A stretch of DNA of 64,000 nt, from assembly GCA_045636445.1 (NCBI GenBank), contig JAZTXO010000077.1:2410-66409 (forward strand), read 5' to 3'. Numbering within the stretch: the first letter of the stretch is position 1; every line of letters begins with the position of its first letter. A model generated the notes under the pieces. The model had not been told where the DNA came from and searched no databases. It saw nothing but the letters and a program-made list of their open reading frames with translations. This document shows positions 45,413 to 53,343 of the stretch, piece by piece. A program made the translations under genes and the position numbers. The stretch is from Eubacteriales bacterium. Its GTDB lineage: Bacteria > Bacillota > Clostridia > Oscillospirales > CAG-272.

Positions 45413-46036
45413 TTACTCGCCCTTAACCAGAATAAGCTCCTTTGCGTAGGGCAGATTTTCGATAGCCTCGCAGAGAACGTGCCACTCGGCAAGTTTGTGA
45501 GTTTTTCTTGCGTAGTAGATGTTTATTAACACCTCGTAATTCATTGTTACGGTACGCATCTGGTTATAGGAAGAGGGAAGCAACTGAATCATATTATGCC
45601 AATGCTGTCTCTCTTTAGTCTCGATGAATTTTACTCTTTCGCCCTCAAGATATGCGATAATTCCGTCAAGGACGGCAAGGCAATCCTCGCTCATTCTGTC
45701 GCAGGAAAAGTCCTCTCTTGTAAATTCCTTTGCCTGGATTTTATGCATTGTAGAGGTGGAATTTGCAACAGTACCTACTTTGTAGGTATCAAACTCCTTC
45801 CACCAGTAGAGGGGAGCTGTAATGTCCATAGAAACGAAAATCTGTCTCAAAAATTTTCTGTGGTCGGAGCCGGCCTTGGCAAGCTTGCCCGAAAGGGAAA
45901 GGTCGTTTTCACCGAGAACGTAGTTTCCGTCCTCGTCGTAGTAAGAATCTATTCTCGCCCAGCTGTTAAGGGGATTTCTCGCTCCTCTGATAGCGTTTTC
46001 AAAATTCATTACCGAAATTTTCTCTAATTTTAACAT
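45413..46036 (-). CDS. ThyX-fold protein lacking the RHRX7S ThyX signature (function uncertain)
   Basis: 207 aa. It is collinear with T. maritima ThyX as I remember it: ITAPLYWWKEFDTYKVGTVANSTSTMH against [26 protein letters not shown], and LPSSYNQMRTVTMNYEVLINIYYAR against [25 protein letters not shown]. RHR is replaced by TYK, and the Ser by Thr. Confidence 0.6.
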   Translation of the reverse strand: MLKLEKISVMNFENAIRGARNPLNSWARIDSYYDEDGNYVLGENDLSLSGKLAKAGSDHRKFLRQIFVSMDITAPLYWWKEFDTYKVGTVANSTSTMHKIQAKEFTREDFSCDRMSEDCLAVLDGIIAYLEGERVKFIETKERQHWHNMIQLLPSSYNQMRTVTMNYEVLINIYYARKTHKLAEWHVLCEAIENLPYAKELILVKGE

Positions 46037-46397
46037 AGCACACTCCGTCCTTTATTTTTTGCCCGATTTAATCGCGCGGGGGCGTTTTTTATTTAAATCA
46101 TTTTATTTTAACATAAATAAAAGCTCTTGTCAAGAGAGTAGAAAAGGAAAGAAAAAGGGGAGAAAACCGAAAATTTAACGCTAGGCCGACCGCAGAGATT
46201 TTAACCTTTTACCCCTTTTCCTCTCCAAGAGGCACTTTTTCCTCTGTTTTTTGTGCAGATTGCATTATTTTTGTCACTTTTTAGGTGATTTTTTCTACCC
46301 TAGATTATACTTACAAGCAGATAGACGCTATGGTATAATAGAGGCAAAGACAATAGAAAACTTCGAAAAAATAAAACGAGAAAGGTAAGAAAAAAAC

Positions 46398-47078
46398 ATG
46401 GACGCAAACTCAAAAAAGGGGAATGCACTGATAATATACGATTTTATGGTGGACGAGCTGAAGCTTTCGGGAGTTCCCCTTATCGTATATGCCCTAATCT
46501 ATTCATTCACAAGCTACAAAGGCTCTCTTTACTCCACGAGAGAGTATCTTGCAAAGCGGGCGGGCTGCACTGTAAAATCCGTCGACAGAACCTTAAAAAA
46601 GCTTGTAAAACAAGGACTTGTCAAGAAGATTTCAAGACCGCACACCTCAAATGTTTACACCGCAAATCCCATAAAATCGGAGAAAGTAAGCAGCATCGCC
46701 GCAGCGACATTTTGTCCCCCGGAGAGTGGACATTTTGAGGAGTCGGGTAGTACATTTTGTCCCCCACAAGAGGACATTTTGTCCCCCAAAGAGAAAGAGA
46801 AGAGAAATAATATAACAACAACATCAACAACATATGAGAGCGACGATGAAGCCGAAAATTCTCTTCCCACACTCCCGACAATGCGTAGGTTCGGAGCAAG
46901 CGGTTTGGTTGTTATGACGGGAGAGCAGCATGCAAGGCTTTGTGACCTATTAGGTGACGATATTGCCGAAAATTACATTTATCAAGTTGAAGCATATCTT
47001 GCGGCAAATCCCTCTATGTATTTGAAAAACCATTACAGAACCATTCTTCAATGGGTGAAAGAGGACAGCTCTTGCTGA
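46398..47078 (+). CDS. Phage/plasmid-type replisome-organiser-like protein (N-terminal winged-helix, C-terminal DnaD-like tail)
   Basis: 226 aa. The N-terminus (YALIYSFTSYKGSLYSTREYLAKRAGCTVKSVDRTLKKLVKQGLV) looks like a wHTH. The C-terminus (MTGEQHARLCDLLGDD..YLKNHYRTILQWVKED) resembles the ..YKSHYATILNW tail of phage replication proteins. Confidence 0.55.
   Translation: MDANSKKGNALIIYDFMVDELKLSGVPLIVYALIYSFTSYKGSLYSTREYLAKRAGCTVKSVDRTLKKLVKQGLVKKISRPHTSNVYTANPIKSEKVSSIAAATFCPPESGHFEESGSTFCPPQEDILSPKEKEKRNNITTTSTTYESDDEAENSLPTLPTMRRFGASGLVVMTGEQHARLCDLLGDDIAENYIYQVEAYLAANPSMYLKNHYRTILQWVKEDSSC
46706..46787 (+). repeat. Four copies of (G)GACATTTTG(TCCCCC) phased at 22-23 bp inside the replisome-organiser-like gene (iteron-like)
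   Basis: The ACATTTTG cores start at 46707, 46730, 46752 and 46774. They occupy three different codon phases, encoding TFCPP, GHFE, TFCPP and DILSP. GGACA-TTT-TGTCC is itself a small palindrome. Confidence 0.85.
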
Positions 47079-47100
47079 CGGGAAACCGATGTTGGCGTAA

Positions 47101-47291
47101 CGAGGACGGCTTTTCGTGAAGAAGTTTGCGTTGGGTGAGGTCGGCTTTTCGTGAAGAAGCATTAGTCGTTTTGGATCAAAACGACTCGCAAAAGCTTCAT
47201 TCGGGGAAAGGATTAAAAACTCCCCTTCAACTCTAATTTCTCATTTCATATTTCTAATTCCTCATTTTGCTAACGCTTTTTGCGTTGGCAA
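47101..47291 (+). repeat. Composite 3' element: 2x type A units (CGGCTTTTCGTGAAGAAG), perfect hairpin TAGTCGTTTTG-GA-TCAAAACGACTC region, 4x heptamers, hairpin TTGCTAACGC-T5-GCGTTGGCAA
   Basis: Read directly. It starts 23 nt after the stop of the 226-aa gene. It is the inverted partner of 42571-42721. Confidence 0.9.
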
Positions 47292-47510
47292 TAGCTTGAT
47301 TTTCTTTTTTTGATTCTTTATTTTCAATTTATTTTACCGTCTGATGCGTTAAAAATATTTGTAAATTTTTTTATTTGCTATTTATTTTTACATATAGATA
47401 TGTTATAATGTTATAATCAGCCGAGATATGCCGATTTTTGAAATTACGGTTTTTTCTATGTCTACACTCGGCGGATTAACTTTAACGAAAAGGATTTTCA
47501 GGATTTTACT

Positions 47511-48845
47511 ATGGCAAAAAAACAGTCCAACCCGGAGCTTTCCTGCCGTCTTAACAAGGTTGGCGGTCAGGCGGTTATCGAAAGCGTTATGATGAAAGCC
47601 GGCGAGCATACGGTTACTACCTGCAGAAAGCCCGACGGTTCGCTTGTCGTTACCGACGACAGCTTCGTTTCTATCAGAAAAAAATACAAATTCCTTAACA
47701 TTCCCGTTCTCAGGGGAGTTGTAAACTTTATCGAAATGATGAAGCTTTCCTTTAAAACTCTCGGTGCGTCGGCTGATGCTCTCGGACTTGAAGAGGAAGA
47801 GCCTTCAAAGTTTGAAAAATGGCTTGCGAAAAAATTCGGAGTCGGCATAACGAGCTTTATTATGGCGATTTCCCTAGTCCTCGGTCTTGGACTTTCGGTG
47901 TTGCTCTTTATGCTGCTTCCTATATGGATTTCTTTGGGCATTAACTGGATTCTCGGTCTTTTCGGTGTTTCCCTTGGAATTTTCACAGCTGTGGTGGAGG
48001 GATTTGTAAAGGTTGCAATCTTCATAGGCTACCTTTCTCTCGTTACGCTTATGCCGGATATAAAGCGTACATTTATGTACCACGGAGCAGAGCATAAGTC
48101 TATTGCCTGCTTTGAGTCGGGCGAGGCTCTCACTCCCGAAAATGCGAAGAAGCACACCCGTTTCCACCCTCGTTGCGGCACAAGCTTTATGTTCTTTATG
48201 ATACTTCTGGGTATCATTGCGGGACTCTTCATTAAGTTCATTTTCCCAAACCTTAACGGCTGGGCATACACCGGAATCCGTCTGCTTATTTTGCCCCTGC
48301 TTATGGGCCTTGGCTACGAGATAATTATGATTGCGGGCAAACACCCCAATATTGTTACAAGAGCAATTTCCGCCCCCGGACTTTGGGTGCAGAGAATTAC
48401 CACCAAAGAGCCTACCGACGATATGCTTGAGGTTGCTATTATTTCCATAAAATGCGCTCTCAGAGAGGATTTCCCCGAGTTCAACAAGTTCTACGAGGAA
48501 AGAGGCTGGGAGAAGGCTGAAACCAAGAAGGCGGAGGCTAAAACCGATATGGAAGCGGCAGAGGAAAGCCGTTCCGACGGAGAAATCACCCTTACAGACG
48601 AAAGCTTCCTTGACAAAATCAAGAGAATCCTTGACGGCAACAGCACCGAGGCTGAAAAAGAGGCGGCATTCGCAAAAAAAGCGGCAGAAAACACCGCGTT
48701 TAGCGGCTCTTCGGGCAGCAAAAGCAACCTGACTTCCAACGAAACGGCAGCCGAGGGTGAAAACTCTGCCGAAATTGAAATTTCTGCTAAAGTCGAAAAC
48801 TCTGCCGAGGGCAAAAATCCTGCCGAGGGCGGCTCGGAGGCATAA
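47511..48845 (+). CDS. DUF1385 (YqhQ-like) membrane protein with a ~110-aa acidic low-complexity C-terminal tail
   Basis: GGQAVIESVMMK is the signature, with HGAEHK and four TM segments. It sits upstream of prmC, as in many Firmicutes. The tail contains reiterated ENSAE/AEG motifs. Confidence 0.8.
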   Translation: MAKKQSNPELSCRLNKVGGQAVIESVMMKAGEHTVTTCRKPDGSLVVTDDSFVSIRKKYKFLNIPVLRGVVNFIEMMKLSFKTLGASADALGLEEEEPSKFEKWLAKKFGVGITSFIMAISLVLGLGLSVLLFMLLPIWISLGINWILGLFGVSLGIFTAVVEGFVKVAIFIGYLSLVTLMPDIKRTFMYHGAEHKSIACFESGEALTPENAKKHTRFHPRCGTSFMFFMILLGIIAGLFIKFIFPNLNGWAYTGIRLLILPLLMGLGYEIIMIAGKHPNIVTRAISAPGLWVQRITTKEPTDDMLEVAIISIKCALREDFPEFNKFYEERGWEKAETKKAEAKTDMEAAEESRSDGEITLTDESFLDKIKRILDGNSTEAEKEAAFAKKAAENTAFSGSSGSKSNLTSNETAAEGENSAEIEISAKVENSAEGKNPAEGGSEA

Positions 48846-48848
48846 AAA

Positions 48849-49658
48849 ATGACTCTAAAGGAAGCCGAAAACATTCTTTCGAAAGCAGGAATTGAGGACG
48901 CAAGACACGAAGCGAGAATTATCTTTGCCGCAGTTGGCGGCGAGCCTATTTACAAGCTCCTTACCCCCGACTATTCAACCGAAAACGAAGAGGTAAAGAG
49001 TGCGGTTTTAAGACGCGCTGACAGAGAGCCTATGGCTTATATTATCGGTTGCGTTGACTTCTATAAGGAAAGGTACAAGGTGACGCCCGACTGCCTTATT
49101 CCGAGGCCCGATACCGAAATTTTGGTTGACTATGCCGTAAGGAATATACCCAAAGGCGAGAGCTTTGTTGACCTTTGCACAGGCTCTGGTTGCGTTGCCG
49201 TTTCCACTCTTGCAAACACTGTGGACACTACCGCAATAGCCGTTGATATTTCCGAGGGAGCGCTCTCGGTTGCAAAGGAAAACGCAGGTTTTATGGGCGT
49301 TTCCGACAGAGTGGATTTCCGCCTTGCAAACGCGCTTGAAAAGCCGATATGCGAAAGAACCTTTGCGGTGCTTTCAAATCCACCTTACGTTTCCGACGAA
49401 AGCTACAAAACTCTTGAAAAAGAGATTTACAAAGAGCCGAAGATTGCCTTTCTCGGCGGTGAGGACGGCGGAGATTTCTACCGAGCGTTGACTCCTATTT
49501 ACAAGGATATAATTGACGAAAAGGGCTTTATTGCCTACGAAATAGGCTACGACCAAGAGGAGCTTATTTGTAAAATTGCCGAGGAAAACGAAATGTCCGT
49601 GAGGATTTTACGTGACCTTGGGGGCAGAGTGAGAGTTGCCGTTTTAAGACGGAAATAA
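48849..49658 (+). CDS. prmC: Release-factor glutamine N5-methyltransferase
   Basis: DLCTGSGCVA is the SAM-binding motif and NPPY the catalytic motif. Confidence 0.9.
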   Translation: MTLKEAENILSKAGIEDARHEARIIFAAVGGEPIYKLLTPDYSTENEEVKSAVLRRADREPMAYIIGCVDFYKERYKVTPDCLIPRPDTEILVDYAVRNIPKGESFVDLCTGSGCVAVSTLANTVDTTAIAVDISEGALSVAKENAGFMGVSDRVDFRLANALEKPICERTFAVLSNPPYVSDESYKTLEKEIYKEPKIAFLGGEDGGDFYRALTPIYKDIIDEKGFIAYEIGYDQEELICKIAEENEMSVRILRDLGGRVRVAVLRRK

Positions 49659-49724
49659 AGTAGCAATATAAGAAAAAATACATACCATACCGAAAAAGAG
49701 ATTTCTAGCTTTGGAGGTTTTGGT

Positions 49725-50699
49725 ATGGAGAGAAAAAGAGTTGCCCTGCTCTATGGCGGCAGAGGGTTGGAGAGAGAAATTTCTCTTTCCTCGGCAGAAT
49801 TTATTCTGTCGAATATCGACACCGAAATTTTTGAGCCTTACGGGATTTTTATTGACAATCGGGGGAGTCTTTTCCTTGATTTTGAGGGCGAGAAAATCCC
49901 TTGTACTCTGCAAAAGGGCGGCTGTCTTGAATTTTCGGGGCAGCGAGTGAAAATTTACGCCGCATTTGCCGCTCTGCACGGAGATTTCGGCGAGGACGGA
50001 CGGGTGCAGGGTTATCTTGACTGCCTTGATATTCCTTACGTCGGCTGCAGGACTCTTTCGGGAGCTGTGGCGGCTGACAAGGCTATGACGAAGGCGGTAG
50101 CCGAGCATCTGGGAATACCTACCGCGCCTTGGATTCTTTGCAAAAGGGGCGAGGACGTAAAAAGGCGGGCGGAGCTTAATTTAGATTACCCTCTTTTCGT
50201 CAAGCCCTGCTCTCTCGGAAGCTCTATCGGCATTTCCGAGGTAAAAGACAAAAGCGGTCTTGACTCGGCTCTAAAAGAGGCTTTCGCTCTTTGCGACAGA
50301 GTAATTCTCGAAGAGAAGATTTCTGTTGACAGAGAGGTTGAATCCGCCTTTTTTGAAACCGAGGGCAAAAGATATTTTGAGGTCGGCTCTATTCGGTGCG
50401 ACGGCTTCTACGACTACGAAAAAAAGTATATTAAGGGCGATGTGATAACCGATTTTAACCTGCCCGACAGTGTAAAAAACGCCATAGTCGCCTATTCGGA
50501 AGCTCTTGTGAGAGAGCTTGATTTAAGGCAGCTTTCAAGGATAGATTTCTTCCTTACGAAGTCGGGAGATTTGGTCTTTAACGAGATTAACACCCTGCCC
50601 GGCTTTACCAAAAGCAGCCTTTACCCTCGCCTTATTGAAAGGGCGGGATTTCCCCCAAAAGAGCTTATAACACGGCTTCTTTCGGAGGCTCATTCTTGA
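49725..50699 (+). CDS. ddl: D-alanine--D-alanine ligase
   Basis: VALLYGGRGLEREISLSS, FVKPCSLGSSIGIS and EINTLPGFT are ATP-grasp Ddl motifs. Confidence 0.9.
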   Translation: MERKRVALLYGGRGLEREISLSSAEFILSNIDTEIFEPYGIFIDNRGSLFLDFEGEKIPCTLQKGGCLEFSGQRVKIYAAFAALHGDFGEDGRVQGYLDCLDIPYVGCRTLSGAVAADKAMTKAVAEHLGIPTAPWILCKRGEDVKRRAELNLDYPLFVKPCSLGSSIGISEVKDKSGLDSALKEAFALCDRVILEEKISVDREVESAFFETEGKRYFEVGSIRCDGFYDYEKKYIKGDVITDFNLPDSVKNAIVAYSEALVRELDLRQLSRIDFFLTKSGDLVFNEINTLPGFTKSSLYPRLIERAGFPPKELITRLLSEAHS

Positions 50700-51376
50700 T
50701 TGGGGTTTTCGACAGCGGCTCGGGAGGGTTATGCTCCCTTTCGGAGCTTGAAAAAAGAATGCCGAGAGAGGACAAAATCTACCTTGCGGACAGAAAAAAT
50801 CTTCCCTACGGCACAAAAAGCGAAAAAGAGCTTTTACCTTTGGTAAAAAAAGATATACTAAGGCTTAAGGAAGCAGGTTGCAGAAAAATCCTTATAGCCT
50901 GCTGTACGGCTTCAACCGTCTATCCCCTTTTGTCGAAAGAGGAAAGGGAAATTTCCCTGCCAATAATTCTCCCTGCGGCAAAAGAAGCCGCAAAGGGAAA
51001 TAGGATTTGCGTTATTGCCACCGAAAGAACGGTAAACTCGGGGGCGTTTTCAGGGGCGATTTCCTTGTTTTCGTCTGCTTTCGTTGCCGAAATTCCCGCA
51101 GGCGAGCTGGTTTTGCTTGTGGAGTCGGGGGAGAGAGACGGAGCATTGACAAAAAACGGTGAAAAAATCATAGAAGCGGTGGCAAAAAGGGTGTTTAAAT
51201 ACAATCCCGACACGCTTCTTCTCGGTTGCACTCATTTTTCCCACCTTGAGAGAACTCTTGGCGAACTTTTGCCCGGAGTTAAGACAGTAAGCGCGGCAAG
51301 AGAGGGTGCTTTGGCACTCCTAAAAAACTGCGGTGAACGCTCGGAAAGCGGAAAAATCACCTACACCGAAAACTAA
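50696..51376 (+). CDS. murI: Glutamate racemase
   Basis: IGVFDSGSGGL, ACCTAS and LGCTHF are present. The TTG start overlaps the ddl stop, and GGAGG lies 7 nt upstream. Confidence 0.85.
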   Translation: MIGVFDSGSGGLCSLSELEKRMPREDKIYLADRKNLPYGTKSEKELLPLVKKDILRLKEAGCRKILIACCTASTVYPLLSKEEREISLPIILPAAKEAAKGNRICVIATERTVNSGAFSGAISLFSSAFVAEIPAGELVLLVESGERDGALTKNGEKIIEAVAKRVFKYNPDTLLLGCTHFSHLERTLGELLPGVKTVSAAREGALALLKNCGERSESGKITYTEN

Positions 51377-51558
51377 AAGAAATCCAGGCTCGAAACGGAG
51401 CGTAGATTTTGCAAAAAGTCCTGCATTGAACGGTGCAAAAATCTTTGCTCGGCAGGGAGTGTGGGTTTTGGCAAAAACCTATGCCGAAAACTAAAAAAGA
51501 AAACAAACGGAAGGCCTATGGCTGACCTTGGGAAAATAAAGATAAGAGGAATATAAAA

Positions 51559-51921
51559 ATGGCAAATTACAGAAGAGGAAGAATAAACGATGCCGTAGCC
51601 GAGGAGCTTGCGGTAGCATTAAGAGAGGTCAGAGAGCCTAAGGTTATCAACAACTTTATCAGCATAACCCGTGCTGACGTTGCTCCCGACTTGAAGTTTG
51701 CGACGATTTATTTCTCCTGCATCGGCGACTCCAAAGAGGCTGCCGAGGGACTTAAAAAATGTACGGGTATGCTTCGCCATCACCTTGCAGTTACCTTAAA
51801 TTTAAGAATTACACCCGAGCTTCGCTTCGTTAAAGACGGCTCTATCGAGCATGGCGCGAAGATTGCAAAGGCTCTTGAAGAAATCAAGCGTTCGGAGAAA
51901 AAGGAAGAAGAAAATGACTGA
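51559..51921 (+). CDS. rbfA: Ribosome-binding factor A
   Basis: 120 aa. R(I)NDAVAEELAVALRE..ITRADVAPDLKFATIYFS is the RbfA pattern. Confidence 0.9.
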   Translation: MANYRRGRINDAVAEELAVALREVREPKVINNFISITRADVAPDLKFATIYFSCIGDSKEAAEGLKKCTGMLRHHLAVTLNLRITPELRFVKDGSIEHGAKIAKALEEIKRSEKKEEEND

Positions 51922-52873
51922 TTTTAAGGCTCTTTCCCCCGAGGAATGCGCGATAAGACTGCTGAAGGCAGAGCGTCCTTTGGTGGTAATGCATCAGCAT
52001 CCCGACGGTGACACCGTAGGCTCGGCGGCCGCCCTTTGCAAAATTTTCGAAAAACTTGGAAAAAAGGCATATTACACCTGCGCCGACGAAATTCCAAAGA
52101 GGCTCTCGTTCCTCACAAAAGGACTTGAATTTACCGACAGCTTCGAGGGGCTTGAGGCTATTTCCATTGACGTTGCGTCTCCCTCGCAGCTCGGCTCTCT
52201 TGAGGGAAAAATCTTCCCCACTCTTATGATCGACCACCACGCAAAGGGCATACCCTTTGCCGATAATTTCATAATTTCGGACGCATCAAGCGCGGGCGAG
52301 GTTCTTTACAGAGTCATATTAGAGCTTGAAAAAATGGGAAAAATCGCCCTCGACTCCGAGATTGCATCGCTTCTTTACGCATCGATAAGCTCGGATACGG
52401 GCGGATTTATCTTCTCTTCCGCAAAGGAGAACACCCACCTTGCGGCGGCAAGGCTTATATCCTTGGGCATCGACTCGGCAGAGATTAACCGTCTGCTCTT
52501 TAACTCAAAATCCGAGGAGCAGATACGAGCCGAGGGTGTGACGGCAACCTATATGAAAACCGCCCTTTCGGGAAGCCTTTCCTACGCTCTTATTTCAAAG
52601 AAAATGCGTGAGGAATTTTCCCTGCCCTTTTCGGCTTTTGAATGCTCGATTGACGTTGTAAGAGCTCTTCGCGGAGCAGAATGTTGCTTCGTTATAAAGG
52701 AGACCGACGACGGAAAATTCAAGGCTTCTCTTCGCTCCTGCGGCAGAAACGTTGCCGACGTTGCCGCCCGTCACGGCGGCGGCGGTCATATCAGAGCCGC
52801 AGGCTGCGCAGTTGAGGCAGACAGTATCGAAGAGGCGGCAAAAATCCTTATAAAAGAGCTTTCGGAGGCTTAA
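51914..52873 (+). CDS. nrnA: DHH/DHHA1 phosphoesterase (NrnA-type oligoribonuclease / pAp phosphatase)
   Basis: HQHPDGDTVGSA, IDHH and GGGHIRAAG are present. The start at MTDFK (51914) overlaps the end of rbfA. Confidence 0.8.
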   Translation: MTDFKALSPEECAIRLLKAERPLVVMHQHPDGDTVGSAAALCKIFEKLGKKAYYTCADEIPKRLSFLTKGLEFTDSFEGLEAISIDVASPSQLGSLEGKIFPTLMIDHHAKGIPFADNFIISDASSAGEVLYRVILELEKMGKIALDSEIASLLYASISSDTGGFIFSSAKENTHLAAARLISLGIDSAEINRLLFNSKSEEQIRAEGVTATYMKTALSGSLSYALISKKMREEFSLPFSAFECSIDVVRALRGAECCFVIKETDDGKFKASLRSCGRNVADVAARHGGGGHIRAAGCAVEADSIEEAAKILIKELSEA

Positions 52874-52875
52874 AA

Positions 52876-53316
52876 ATGGAGTTCAAAAGAGCAGTTCCCG
52901 ACCACGCAGCCGCAATTGAAAAAATTGAAAAGGAAAGCTTTAGAGACCCCTGGACAGCCTATGGCATATTAACGACTATCTGCAAGGAAAGCGGAATGAG
53001 CTTCGTTGCCATAGACGAGGGCGAGGTCGTCGCCTATCTTTTCGGCTGCTTTATTCCCCCTGAGGGTGAAATTTACAGAATTGCCGTAAGGGGCGACAAG
53101 AGGCAAAGAGGTATCGGCTACCGCCTGCTCTCCTATGCCTACAAGACCGAGCAAGGCAGAGGACTTGAGAGCCTTTTCCTTGAGGTTCGTTCAAAAAATA
53201 CAGCCGCAAGAGCCTTGTACAAGTCCTTCGGCTTTGAGGAATTCGGAGAACGGAAAAACTACTACAAGAATCCCAATGACGATGCGATTCTTATGTGTTA
53301 CGGCAAAAAAATCTAA
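52876..53316 (+). CDS. rimI: GNAT acetyltransferase, RimI-type
   Basis: RIAVRGDKRQRGIGYRLL is the acetyl-CoA-binding motif. It lies directly upstream of tsaD. Confidence 0.75.
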   Translation: MEFKRAVPDHAAAIEKIEKESFRDPWTAYGILTTICKESGMSFVAIDEGEVVAYLFGCFIPPEGEIYRIAVRGDKRQRGIGYRLLSYAYKTEQGRGLESLFLEVRSKNTAARALYKSFGFEEFGERKNYYKNPNDDAILMCYGKKI

Positions 53317-53343
53317 CTTTTATTTACATATTCGGAGAAAATA

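Noticed and set aside
45413-46036. Considered annotating this ORF simply as thymidylate synthase ThyX.
   Set aside because: The RHRX7S signature is not present (TYKVGTVANST instead), so I kept it as a ThyX-fold protein of uncertain function.
42571-47291. Considered whether the inverted-repeat-flanked 4.7-kb block is a composite transposon or other mobile element.
   Set aside because: There is no transposase or integrase. The left boundary splits the widely conserved pth-mfd pair. The block contains housekeeping genes (pth, nadE). The inverted orientation is explained by the same 3' element following stop codons of oppositely oriented genes.
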